Assembly (NCBI GenBank): GCA_047495785.1 | Contig: JBLDXI010000019.1 | Location: 3,162,001 to 3,226,000, forward strand | Reading direction: 5' to 3' | Source: Lepidodermella squamata | Taxonomy: Eukaryota; Animalia; Gastrotricha | DNA: 64,000 nt | In this document: one piece after another, positions 1 through 13,400 of the stretch | Layout of the letters: every line of letters begins with the position of its first letter | Position numbering within the stretch: position 1 is the stretch's first letter | The notes under the pieces: model-generated | Told to the model about the DNA's origin: nothing | The model's input: the letters and a program-made list of their open reading frames with translations, nothing else | The model's database searches: none | Translations under genes and position numbers: made by a program

Positions 1-2468
1 TGCTTAATAAGTCATAATAGGTAAGTCAGATTTTATAACTTTAGTTTCATTAAACGTTTTGTGTTGAACTTCGCGAGCTGAATTGGCCACTGCAACCTAT
101 ACCAATTTGCAGCTGGGCATGATGCGACTTTTGAGTTACAGAATATTTTCGCTGTTTCATGGGTTGAGAATCAGAGGTTACCTTTTGATCCAATATAGGT
201 GATAATAAGGAATTATAGGGGATGAAATATGGCGCCTCGATTACATTTTTGTCTGAATTTTAGCGCTTCAGACAAATTGTCTGCCGGGATAACTTATCGC
301 CATGCTAAATCGATTTATTGATTACCTTCAGCAATCAGCTTTCATCAACAATCATTGATCTGATTTCCCATTTTTAGGTACATGGCTATAGCCAAGCCGT
401 TGATATACAACACAAGTCATCGGCGCCAAATGTACGTAGCAATGGGCATTGGCGGAACTTGGCTCGTCAGTATTTTAGTCTCTGCACCTCTACTCCTCGG
501 CATGAACGAAGTTGCAAGCGGCAGCCGGCGAGAGAGGATTTGCGCAATCAACAATGGAACTTACGCCATCTACCTATCAGTTATCACGTTCTTCATACCG
601 AGCATCGCGATCGCGGTGCAGCATGTTGTAATTTTGCGAGCCCTCAACGAACGGGCGAGTAGGATCCGGTTAAGGGTCTACACCCCTCGGCAGTCGCTTA
701 TGGTTGGAGGTGCGACGACGGCAGCAGAACATAACCAGGTATTCCTAACGTGAAATTCGTGGAAAAATTAAGATTAGGCTCTAAGCTCGAAATTATAAAG
801 CTTCAACGCCTGAGCAACGGTTGCCAGGAATATGCATTTTAGCTAATTCTGTTATCACTAAAAGTTGAAGAAAATGGGAATTTATGGCGTGAGAACTTTT
901 GAGAACTTTGGAAATCAGTGATTGATAACGCTTAGGTATTCCTAGCAACAGCTTCTAAGGAAGGGGCGTCGATAAACTCTCAGAAGATTATACTCCCTGA
1001 GTCCTGAGTCTTGATATCATTGGTTTGATTGGCATACTCACGGTTTGTTCTATAGGCAATCGCCAAAGCCGACTCTCTCCCAACTGATTCGGTTGATAAC
1101 GTGTTCGCAAATCGGCCGGCGAGGCCCCGCCGCTGCCTCGTTAACAATTTCGTGATGAACCACGAAAGCCTTGACGAATTGAGCAACGAAGCTACGACAC
1201 CCATGGCTTCAGGCGATCATTTGAAACCTATTTCCCAACAAAACTCAAAAGCCGGCCTAGCGGGGAAGAAAGACATTTCGATGGATCAACTAACAGTTAG
1301 TTCAACCAACAGCAACAAACGGGCGAATAACAAGGATGCATTGAGTTTGTCCAAATCGTTGAGTTCAGATGACTTATCTTGTGGGAATGTTTCGTCGACT
1401 CATTCGCAAGCTCAGTCTCCTACGGCCGCGGTTCCTTTAGTTCCTGCTCAACCTAAAGTAAAGGCGAAGCTTTTCGTCAAGCAAAATCAAAGTGACCGAA
1501 CGACAACAAGAGTGACCGAAGTAATGCGACGGCATACCACTTTAGGTAATGAAGATTCAGATATCGCCCTTATTTTATGACTAACGTTTTGTTAAAATGA
1601 TCATAGGTCGGGGTCAGTCGATGTTGGAAACCGATGAATCCTCCGTGACAACATCGAGTCGTAACACTGTTACTACAACCATAGTAATGCATATGCCTCG
1701 GCCTGCGTCATTCGTAGCCAGCCAATCCACAGCCAAACGGCAACATATGAGCGAGAGTGCCGTTATTCCGCCTTTGCGAGCATCGCTTCGAGAACGATTA
1801 CAAAACCGTTTTTCCACCCAGTCCTCGCCAGCTAAATATCGAACTAGTGACATCCCTTCAGTCCCGCTTGAGGTCAACATCATAAACCCGAATATTTTCA
1901 ATAATTGTAATGGGCTGCAAAATGGTTCTTATAATTGTGGAAATACAGCTGGAGGTTTGCTAACATAAATTATGGTTTATTTCTCTTATTGGAATTGCTT
2001 GTAGGTAATCAAAATGGAGGGAAAGGTAAACGTCGTCCATCTAAGCGCCTGTCTTTAAACGGCGGCGTGAGTTCTGAGCGAAGCGCTTCTATGTCTTCGA
2101 CCCGTATTTTAAAAGAAGACCGAGCCATCGCTATGCTTTTCATCATAACTCTCGGATTCTTCACCTGTTGGCTGCCCTACTTCGTCGCAACCATCGCGAA
2201 CGGAGTTCAAGAGTCACTGGTTCCTTCCATTGTAATAGATGCGCTTCGTTGGCTGGGTCACGTCAATTCGACTATGAACCCGATTTTCTACGGCATTTTC
2301 AATAAGGAATTCAGACTTGCTATCTGGCGAAGGATTACCCTTCAACCGGCATTACCAAGCCAAATGTCGCGAGCGCCCTCAGTAGCAAGCCAAATCGGAG
2401 GGGTTGGTTTGAGTTTGCTCTACCAGGCTGCAACAAGGCTCAATAACGAACCAGGAGCAAAATGCTGA
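1..2468 (+). CDS. Rhodopsin-class GPCR, biogenic amine receptor-like (3' part, TM3 end to C-terminus). Exons <1-20, 378-738, 1056-1545, 1607-1954, 2005-2468
   Basis: The spliced read gives CLISHNR|YMAIAKPL (TM3), TM4 ..W..S.LVS.P, TM5 TFFIP, a very long Ser-rich ICL3, TM6 KEDRA..L.II..GF..CWLPYF and TM7 WLGHVNSTMNPIFY (NPxxY). Splice phases are consistent. ICL3 exon boundaries are less certain. Confidence 0.88.
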
Positions 2469-2882
2469 AATGGTTTCAGTCAGAACATTTCGGGCAGCTG
2501 AAAATCAAAATTTATTGAAAGGCAGCGAAATTTTTCATTTTTCACATTTTTCAGAAGTATTTGAAATAAACAAATGTTAAAGATGTTCTCTACTTGAAAT
2601 TCAAAGTTTACAGTTTATGTAGGCCTATCGATATTTTTTCAGATCAAGTGAGGGGAGAATCAGCTATCCGCTACAAGAGCTTAGAGAAATTATCGATGAA
2701 GAACTATTGTAGAAGGATGCCTGGGAAATAGGATATCAATCAAAGGCAGAAATAGGTGTGGAGATTACTCAGTTATACTGGGATTAATCAAAATTCTGTC
2801 AGCGAAAAAACGTAGAATCAATCATCCTCGTAATTCATTTCTATCGCAGCTGCTGGTTAACTGGGTGCATAGATGCTCGTTA

Positions 2883-5800
2883 TCAGTAGATCGTAAATCG
2901 AGCGAACCGTATTGTAGCAGATCCAAGTTTTTCGATTTGAACATAGCGATCAGTTATTGGCGGGGTGCAATGCGCAAAGATCGACTGGCCCTGGGCCACG
3001 TTCGGCATTCGCGAGTCACCATTCCATATATCACAGATCTGATTTTGTGAAAGTTGAGCGCCGGCGTATTTTCCGACCCGTGTGACTAGTTTCAACGTGC
3101 CAAGATTGTTTTCGTCAGCCCAGCCTTTAGTCGGGCTCGTCATTATAACAACTTTCGATACCGCTGTTTCAGTTCCAAGGTCGATTTGAAACCAGCCTAC
3201 CGTTGTTGCTGCCGCGATGGTTAACGGTCCGGGTTTGGTCAGAGCTGCTAGAAGTGGGGCCATTATTCCTGTAATATTCGTTGAGACGATTTTGTTCTGA
3301 GCCATGTCGGTCCCCGTCTCGAAGTACGCTCTAAGCTGGCATAAATCGATATACTGGCCACCTGCAGTACCTGCAACCGTCAGATATCGGCCAAAAACAG
3401 GCGCCGCACACGTGACCAGACTTCGACTACCATAGGGCAGATTTGTGTTACCACAGAGAGTACCAGCCGTTGTTGAACTTGTAGGCAAGGCAGTGTTCAC
3501 ATTGATTGCAAGATCATTTGTTGGAAATTCAGAAATAAACGAGCCGTAGTTGCAACCTTTGAAACTGAATCTACCTGTTGGTCTACCAATGAACACGTCA
3601 ATGACAAGCCGAATTGCCAGGGTAACTAACGGCGGTTTCAGATAACCAGCAGTCGGCTGAGGGTTGCTTGAAGCTGACGGTCCGTCGAAGACGTGGATCC
3701 TCCATCCGAAATTTTGCCTCGTGTAAGCAACCCACTGATTCACACCGTTTAAACTGCTCATTAGATGGTACTTCGTTATCCAGGCCGTTTGATCCGGGCT
3801 GCACTGAACCAATACGGCCGTGACTATTCGAGAGCTTGCGAATCTCGCCTGTATCCAGGGCTGGCCGTCAGTTGCTAATGGAGTCCAGCTATCGATTCCA
3901 TCGACAGCGTACAAGTTAGGATTCGTATTTGTTGTTGATGAAGAAACCGTTGCAGTAACTTGAGTATCGAATAGCTCGAGCTTGCACGAAACATCTTGGA
4001 ATCAATCATTATTTAAGTTTTGCCTAAATCTAATGATATATAAATTACGTAAACATCCGCGTATGAGCAACCGCATGCCGATTCCACCAGACCATGACAG
4101 AGGCACTATTCGCACGCTTCTCGCAACCAAGTATGGTCTCAAGAAGTTCCATACAACCCCAGTTGCATCTGAGTTACCAGCAAATATCTGTTCAGATCGA
4201 GGCAAATCTCAGCAAACTTCCGTGATGGGAAGATCATACCTTATCGGTACAACTCTGGTCTTTGTAAACTATAGCGTTGCGTAGCAATTGGAAAGATGTA
4301 ACAAAGAAGCCTGTGCTATAGTCGCCCTGAGTTGCGACTGCCGTAACTATGCGATCTTCCTTGAACAGAATGTCCAAATATTCATTGATTAGGGAAAGAG
4401 GCTGCCAGCAGCAAGCCACAGAGCCACTTGTGGTAGCATTCCCGACCCACAGATTGTTCAGGCGATATTGATTGAATTGAACACCAGCTGCGGATGTGAA
4501 AAACGAGCTAGGCGTTATTGTGGCCGATAACGTAAGGTCGACCTCGCAGGAATGTCCCTGAACTACAAGGAGCAAAACGCCTTATTGAATAGTAATGACT
4601 GTTACTATAAAACTTACGAGAAGTAGGAGCAGGGCATTGTGACGCCAATTCCATGGCTAGGTATTGATCCAAGTAAGTTTGATAAATGCTGTAGCAGGCG
4701 AACTCGCCCTTAGCTTGAAACAAGTCATACAAGTTCCGCCCCATTACTAACCGGTCAATTGGCAAGTGCGTAGAATCTGGGAATGGCACTGATAGTACCC
4801 TCGCACCATTTACGAAGCCTTCGAATTTCATTGAACCAGTTGTCATATCGTGGGTTAGCATGTGGTGCGTCCATGTGTTCAGTAAATTCGAGTAGGTCCA
4901 GTTATAGCTTCCGCCTCTCCAATACCAAGTGCCTGCCGCGTTCAAGTAAGACACATAGCCTATCTCCCTCGGAGTTTTAAACTGAATCCAATGTTTCGGA
5001 TTGACCGTAATCTGATTTACAGAAATAATCGGCACGACAACGTTATTCGCCGTCTCCTTGCTGTAGAAATAGACTGCCATGGTGTATGAGGTGGAACCGA
5101 ACAGTTGGGACGATGCAGTCGTGTAGTAGTAGTTGTCCTCTGGCGAGGATGTCGCGAGAGCCCAAATCGAGTTGCTCCCAGACCGCCATGGATACCCGGT
5201 GCCATTGGTCTTGGCAGTTGCCGGCTGACTGCTGAGTACGTCATTGGTTGGGTTGTCCAGTGACGCTGCACTGAATGAATTATCGAACGGGGAATTAGCG
5301 GTGCTGCGCATGGCCGGTGCCGCTGTCATTGGACATCGCTTCAACGAGTAAATCTGCCGGCTGGTCAGCGCCACTCCATAGAAATGTGCGCAGGCGACTT
5401 TTATCGGGGCGTAACCACCAAATGCCATGTAAGGGGTGTTTGTCTTGGCTCCGCCGTTACAAGCTGCGGTGCCAGATGCAACCATCTCACCGTCTAGATA
5501 TATGAAATATCTTGACCCAAGCGAATAGTAGACAAAGCCAATAAATGCCCAGTTGTTCAATGCTAATCTCACGCTTGAAGCTATCGGGGCTGGGACTACG
5601 TCAAGGCGGCATGTGAATTTGGCAGTTAGTGTTCCGTTGTTCATGGATACGTGAACTGTTGAGTTATTAGCGTCGGAATCATAAAACCAGCCGAATAGAA
5701 TTCCATTCAGCGATTCAGTTGGCATGATGTGAGCAAGCACAGTGAACGACCAAACTAAGTCCAATGGGTTCCCATTTGATGGCGCAATGAGGCGCGAGGT

Positions 5801-8635
5801 ATTAGTTGGCAGCTCATAGGCGCTGTGCATGACGATATTCGGCGTACTGACAAAACGAAATTCGAGATCACATTTCACTCACCTATCGAGGAAGCTGTAC
5901 ATTTTGCTGCACACAGCGTTTACTGGAGTGAAGCTTGGAGTAGTTCCTATTGCAGGATTTGGATTGCAATTGAATGGGTATACTGCGCGCGGTGCTGGTG
6001 CTAAGGATGCAAAAGTAACATGAGTTACACGGTGAAAGGTGAAACCTTAGCGGGAACATTGAAAAGCCTCTCTGAGGAAGCTAACTCTTATATGCAATGA
6101 TAAATGCAAAACCGTGTATTTTTCGAGAATCTCTTGCTCCAAGCTGACCATTAATCTCAAAATCCAAAGAAATTTCAGTAATAAAGTTAGCTATACAATT
6201 CAACAACCCTATTTCGAAACATAAGACTTAGTGTAGGTCTCATGTCTCGAAACAGCCCGAGAACTTTGGGTTTAAACTTACTCGTCCATGGGCACGTCAT
6301 TGCCTGGTCTATTTCAGACTTGTCGAGGCTACGCTTGTACATCTGCATGCACGCCATGCGTCCAGTCCAGGCACTTCTCATCTGGACATACTGCGATAGT
6401 CTGAAAGCGTCAGAGCAACCGATATGAGAAATGGCTCGGTCATAACCATCAATGTAGATCCTGGCAATGCCTGTTTTGCAGTCAAGAGTGAACGCAAAAA
6501 AGAACCACCGGTTCGTCGGGACAAGAACATCGTTAGACGGCCAGAGCCACGATGTAGTCCCGGCAGAATAGTCGATTTTAACACCCGAGGTCGGGAGTAT
6601 ATCTATGGTGAGTCGCATTTGATAGTACTGAGCCTTGCTTCGGATAAGAGAAACAGTAGTGTTGGTTGTGCTTGGATAGAAGATCCAAAGAGCGTAGGTC
6701 CAGCCGTTATTCTGATCCAAATCTAGCCCGACTGTAGGGATAACTATTTTCGAATCCTGGTTAGTCCATTGCAAAGATCCACCCGGTCGGTTGTCGATCC
6801 CATTGCCGTAGCCGTTAGTCATTGATAAAGGCAAGATTGCGTTGTTACCATTGTGAGATAAATCATCGCCGCCTCGCACGTAGTCGAACAGCCACAGGCC
6901 GTCAGGATTCAGAAATACAAGAGCTGGCAAATTTGGCGCTACTACTTCCACCTTATTGATGGTCCTGTTCGATCCTAAATCGTATGTGATGAAAGGAGCA
7001 GTCGATAAATAAATATCGCCGAGCCTGGTGCAGTTCGGAGTAAGCTGCTCGTTGATTCCTCTCTGGGATGTGAGAACACTGGGCGGTGGCAGCGTGGTGT
7101 CCAAAGTGGAGTTCACTACCACAGGGGCATTGTTGGCGAGGTTCTCCAGGTATCGAGGAATTCCTGAAAAGGATGGATTTGTCAAGGTAAAAGTTAACTA
7201 TTGATTATACTCTTGCATCCTAATATCTCCACCCTGTAGCAAACCAGCATTGGACTTCCAAGAGGAAAGAAGCCAAAAACTCGACCGGTTATGGGACGAG
7301 GCAACATAACGATGACTATTTTTGTTGCATCCGTGTTCCTTCCAGCGACTGCGGATTTGTCATCATTTCGGATATCTATCCAGTCATCACTAGGCTGAAC
7401 TTTGTACGCAAAATTCATAACCTTTACCCATTTGTTGACATCAGAGCAGCCTTGCATCTCGAAGGCATTCACGATTGTCTGCTTTAGAAGATCAATTGCC
7501 AAGTAATACGGATTGACACTAGCTGCCAGGCCCCACTGAAGACGGGCGTAGTAGGGCGGTATCGTATAACTGGGTATCGAAAACTGGCTGTCTTCAATCT
7601 CACCATTCCCGACCCCGAGCGGTTCCATACAGTTCGCTGAGCAACCGTAAAACCTAAATTTGGCACAACGTGTCCAAGTTCCTGTGCCATTCTCGATGGT
7701 TGAAGAAATTTTGAAGTATCGCAAGAGGATCGGTTGGAAAAACGTGAAGGTTGAGACAGCAGATGAAATCGGATTGACGAGCTTCAAATCATAGGAATTG
7801 AATGAAATCAATGCTTTTAGAATATATAATATATGAGTCTTACCTGCTGAACGCCTCGACCATTAGCCACGGTCGGATAGGCGATATCATCCAAGCTGTA
7901 ATCCATACGGAATTGGACGAAGCACCAGTTGCTTGCGCATTGGTACTGAAATTGGGTCAGCCAGACAAACCGCTGCAAATCTACCTTGAACCACGCGCCA
8001 ACTGGTGCATTGTTGGCGAGACATGCAAATCGCCCATGATACGAGCTGATTCTTGCGAACGCGGGATGGTCATCCATTAGTGTTGGGTAGACAGTGTTAA
8101 TTGTCGATGAAACAGAGCTGTAGCTAGAATCGCTGGTGAAGCTGGTATCGAAGTCGAGATTTTCAACAGGGCTGCTCGGCTCGGAGTCTGTTGCATATCG
8201 CTTCCAACACGGGCACTGTCTTGCTAATTTAAGAATTGTTTCATAGTAAGATCCACTTGTGCATGAAGCTTTCTTTGATGAGCACTGATTCGACTTGCTC
8301 ATGACGCTTCGCCCGGTCGAAACAAACGCGGTGAAGTCGCTATTAGCTGACTGCATCATTAGAATAGATCCATCAGGCGAAGCTTTGAACAGGGCGCAGC
8401 TCTTCGTGCTTTTACGATAGTGCGCTGATAAGCAGGCGGGCTCGGCTCCACACAAGTTGGCACACATTGAGTCCTGAGGCACATTTACGACAAGTAACTG
8501 CAAAGTGTTCAAATTCGGCAATCCACTCGATGCTACAGGAGAAAACACTGTGTTGTCATAGCGTTTGAAGTTGGACCCGGCTTGTACTAACACATCTACG
8601 ATTGTCGTTAGTAGAATTGCTATGCTAGCCTGCAT
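2883..8635 (-). CDS. Secreted multidomain lectin-like protein A1 (~1,713 aa): signal peptide, PAN/apple, 2x FA58C/discoidin, F-type lectin N-half, 3x LamG/pentraxin-like, 2x FA58C, F-type lectin C-half, F-type-lectin-like. Exons 8635-7844, 7781-7211, 7163-6282, 6000-5883, 5822-4618, 4562-4240, 4187-4049, 3994-2883
   Basis: Eight GT-AG exons sum to 5142 nt and stay in frame. Motifs: CANLC..EPAC.S.HY..C (PAN); W..VDL..QFRMDYSLD, VTAVATQG, R.VRIVP..W.GGIGMR..I.GC (FA58C); W.FFAFT..YIDG and ACMQMY.R.L...EI (LamG_3); WFQIDLG and C..P..GRYL (F-type lectin). Confidence 0.85.
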
Positions 8636-9841
8636 GATGATGGCCTGATAAAGTCTTTAAAACAGTTCAGTATTTTTGAGCAATGTTCCCGCAGGAAATT
8701 TTGCACCAGGGAAACCTTCTGTCGCCACTGAGATGGATCAAATCGATTTGTTTCCTATTAACTATCGGGTTCTGGCCTGTAAATCTTTTTCATAGTTATC
8801 AATGCTTTGCTAACACCTTTGGTTTTCTTTACTTCGGCGAGGTTCTGCATTTCAAAGCCTGCCAATCACTTCCAGCAAATTATTCAGGTGTTTCCGCTTT
8901 TTTGCAGTCAGGTGCGAGGGGCTGCTCGCTCGCTCGGGTGTAATTATGATTTTTCTCTCCAAGCCTGGCGAAACGCTGCCGCTCTTCAATCCAGCAAGAG
9001 AACAGCAACGTGGAAATTATAAAAATTAGCCCGAATCTGCGTGTTATCGATCCATCATCCCAAGGCCGAAATTATGTCTTTTAGTGAATAAAAAAGACAA
9101 CGACTTGCGCTATGGCTACCAATAAACGAAAAATGCCAGCATTTAAGCATGAAAACAAATTGGATCGAACATGCTTACTATACTATGACAGGCAGAAGTT
9201 CCGCACGGTGAGCAAAACGTTGAAAGCAGGCACGAGCCACGATTTCTCTCCATGAGAAAAGTCGCGGACTTTATTGCGGGCTCACGAAAATGACCTTGAA
9301 GATTGTCGATTAGTTTCACAAAAAGTTTTATTAGTGTTCATATTCATGAGACATGCTGATTATTACTCATTATACCGAATTTCTGGTTTACGGCTTCCCA
9401 AAAAATTGCATGGAGCATTTCGAGGTCGGGAATGTTGCCAAATAAGCCAAAAATCACGCTTGCTCTGTTTCAGCTACGTTTTCTCCGTCCAGTCAGCCGC
9501 GCGGAACTCCTGACTGTCACTGTATTAGAAGATAATTGCTTTTTTCAACGCAGTGAAAACGAGTGTGGGAAACTGGATCCTTCGTCCTTGAGCTAGTTAC
9601 ACCTAGTTATCTCCTATTTATTTATTTATTTAGAAACTGTGCCGCCTAAGAGAGGGCGGTTTGACAAAGGTGAATTTGAGAATGAAACAGGTCATTACAG
9701 GACAGATTATTAGGCGGAGAAAAATTGCGAATTAATCCAAGAATTAGCCAGTAAAAAATGGAAAATAAGTGTATTTAGCTCATTAAAACTCGCATATTTA
9801 TATTCTTACATTTTCGAAAAGTGTAAATTAGTGAATAGCTA

Positions 9842-9987
9842 CAGTGAAACCCCGATTCCCCGTCTTCTGCGGTTCCACGAAAATCCTGTCGGGAAATCAA
9901 GTTAGTTTTGCGTGTAATTTCCCTCCTTACATATCGCGATTTTCCGTCAGACAGGAAATCAGGTGACTGGAAATCGGGGTTCAACTG
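9842..9987. mobile_element. Tc1/mariner-pogo-type MITE (146 bp)
   Basis: TA on both flanks. TIRs CAGTGAAACCCCGATT and AATCGGGGTTCAACTG. Internal GGAAATC repeats. No ORF. Confidence 0.75.
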
Positions 9988-10183
9988 TACTAGGTTTTAA
10001 TGTCAATGTTCGAGTCTAAATGATTGGTGTACTGCTCAAATGTTTTCAAAAAGACAGTATGCTTCTGAAACATGGACAATATATAGTCGGCTAGTCATCT
10101 GGGAGCAATATTCACCAGAATGTTTCCTCGTTTCTTCAACATTTATGTGGTAGATTTGAACTATTTGTACATAATTTTTTAAA

Positions 10184-10238
10184 ACTAACCCTAACCCCAC
10201 TCTTAAATCTTGACCCTAACCCTAACCCTAATCCTAAT
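10184..10238. repeat. Short degenerate (CCCTAA)n telomere-like tract
   Basis: ctaaccctaacccc...ccctaaccctaaccctaatcctaa. Confidence 0.6.
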
Positions 10239-10445
10239 TGAGAAAACCCAAAAAATTCGTGAAATAACCAAGTTCAATTTTAAAAATTATGTAAAAATAT
10301 TTAAAATAATATATCACACAATTATGCACAAATAGGCACTTTGATAATATAATGAGAGAAGCTCAAACTAGACTAACCACAGAGTAATTATCGGTAAAGA
10401 ACTCAGCGTTGCATTAGGTAATCTGACAAAAATGATTGCACGTAT

Positions 10446-13400
10446 TCAATAAATCATGAAACGGCCGAATTGAATAACAGCTGAGCCCTGTTTCTCGATC
10501 TGAACATATCGCCCAGTTATCGGCGGAGTGCAGTGCGCAACGATCAAGTGGCCAGGGACCATGTTCGGCATACGCAGGCCACTATTCCATATATCACAGA
10601 TCGGATTACCCGAAAGTAGGGCGCCGGCAGAATTCCCAACCCGAATGATCAACTTCATAGTCCCAAGATTGGTAAAATCAACCCAATTACTTGAAGTGGG
10701 TGTCATTATTGCGATTTTCGAGACAGCTATCTCCGTACCGAGATCGACCTGAAACCACCCTAGCGTTACGGCAGCGGAAGCCAGTGTGGTTCCAGGATTG
10801 GGTGTAGTCAATGCCACAAGCGTCGTCGCAGATATTCCTGTTGCATTTGTGGTGACAATTTTGTTCTGAGCCAAATCAGTTGCTGTCTCAGAGTACACTC
10901 TAATCTGACATATTTCCAGGGGCTGGGCGACGCTCCAGCTCACTAGAGTCAAATATCGCCCGGTGAGAGGCGACGGGCATGTAATCAAAATGCGGCTGCA
11001 ATAAGGCTGACCTACGTTAGCGCAGTTCGGTTGAGCATCAATGACACCCAAACTTGTGGGCAAAACGTTGCCCACGCGAACTGCGATACTTGTGGTGGGG
11101 AAATCCAAGTAAAACGAGTTGTAGCTGCAGCCTTTAAACCCGAATCGACCTGTAGGCGTTACAATGAATTCGTCAATAACGATACGTACCGCCAGGGTAA
11201 CTAGCTGCGGGTTCAAGTAGGTAACGGCTGGCTGGGGATTGCTAGCAGCTGATGGTCCGTCGAAAATTCGAATTCGTGAACCATTTGTTTGCATAGTATA
11301 AGCAACCCAGTGGGTCAAGGCGTTCAAACTACTCATTAGATGATATTTAGTTATCCAAGCGGTTTGATCAGGCCTGCATTGGACTAAGACCGCGGTAACT
11401 ATCCGGGAGGCTGCAAATGTCGCCTGAATCCAGGGCTGGCGGTCGGTTGCCAATGGAGTCCAAGTAAATTTCCAATCAACAGCGTAAAAGCTAGGATTAA
11501 TTGTTGTTGTTGCAGAAGAAACTGTTGCCTTGACATCACTGTCAAACAATTCGAGCTTGCAGGACATATCTAGTATTTTAGAAATTCAACGAAATATTTA
11601 TAATAAGACTAAAATTTAATACGTGGACATCCTCGTATGAGAAATCGCATTCCGATGCCACCAGACCATGAGAGCGGTATAATTATTACGCGCCTCGCAG
11701 CCAAAAATGGTCGCAAGAAGTTCCATACGACTCCGGTCGCATCTGAGTTACCAGCAAACGTCTGAATAAAATTAATTATAAAATTGCACCGCGAAATTGT
11801 TGTTCAAGCCAGTTCATTCTGTCAGTTTTAAGGTGACAGATGGGTTACATGTGTGTTTTACATTTGTGTCGTAGTTAAAGTGGATAATCATTTAATTTAT
11901 TCTTGATAATAGCCGCTTTTACACTACTACTAAGCGAATGGTAAATGATAATAATAATAATAATAATAATAATAATGTTTTTATTTATCCTCTTCGGGAC
12001 TGAGCGTCGTGTACCGTTTCCGGTTTTGAAGAGGGCGAAGGCAGGCGAAGAATGATCCTCACCCACCCCCACAGTCGAGGATTCTGCTTTTTGTATAGAA
12101 TTCGTAATTTTCAATCGAGTTAACAACCATGCGCCATTCATCTTTTTCAAAAGAAACCGATTCCACTAGTTGGACATCGGGAATAATTTTGATCTCAAAA
12201 TCCTTTTCGCCGGGATTTTTTCTATTTTCTCGTTTCTTAGTGGCTTTATTTTTCTTATCTTTGACCTTATTGTTCTTATTGGTTTTCTTTTTCCGGCGAA
12301 TTTCCTTAGTAAGACCTACTTTAATTAGGCTTCTATGCACTCCGTTGATCCATCTGGTTCGAGGTCTACCTCTGGGTGCAAACCACCCAAGCGGAGGCGT
12401 CCAAATATATATTTTGTGTATTAGTCCTTCTACGTCATAGTCACGTGACCTAATTATGTGCCCTAGATACCTTAGCCTTTGTTTTTCAACAATGCGGCTC
12501 ACTTCAATGAGACCTCCGCATAACGCAAGTCGAATGTCTATATTTGGAATATAGTCCATTAGGTGGACACCTACTATAGATCGAAGCCATCGATATTCTA
12601 TAGTGTTTAGTCTATTTTCTTGGGCTATCGATATGTTCCACGATTCGCAGGCGTAAATGATGGTAGGTATTATAACACATGTCAGTACCTTAAGTTTTGT
12701 AGCTATGGAAACCTGACTTTTGTTGCGCATGAATTTATTCATGGCGCCGAAAACACTGCCTGCCTTAGAAATTCTGTAGTTTAGTTCCTCATCGATTTTG
12801 CCGTCACTGGTAATAATGCTCCCTAAATATTTAAATTTGGTCACTTTTTCAAGTTTTTTCCCGTTCAATTCCAATTCGTAATTTTGAGTGGCTGACTCGT
12901 CCCTAGAAATAATCTTATATTGAGTTTTTGCCGCGTTAATTTTCAGACCCAATTCGGTGCAAGCCAAATCGAAAATGTGAAGTAGTCGTGAAATTTCGTC
13001 GTGGTTCATGCCTAAAAGTGTTCCGTCGTCAGCAAACGCTAGTAAATTTAAAAAATCAGTCTCGCTCATAGCGGTCTCGCTGTTTGCGGTCTCGCTAATA
13101 GGAAAGCCTAATTTTTCAGCAGATATTTTTTCGCAAATTTTGTTGAAGGTCGCTATGAATAGCAAAGGAGACAACGGGTAACCCTGTCTTAGTCCCCTGG
13201 TAACATAGAAGAAATCTGAGAGCTCAGAATCGACTCTAACAGCAACTTTATTTACTTTATATAGACTTTGAATAGCTTCAATTAAGCTGGGTTCTACACC
13301 CATATTTTGGAGGGCGGCCCATACTTTTTCCCTGTCCACCAGATCATAGGCTTTTTCGAGATCGATGAAGACTAGGTGGAGTTCCTTCTTAAAGAATATA

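Noticed and set aside
931-1010. Extra GPCR ICL3 exon starting at 936
   Set aside because: An acceptor-like AG is present, but the frame hits TGA without a convincing donor.
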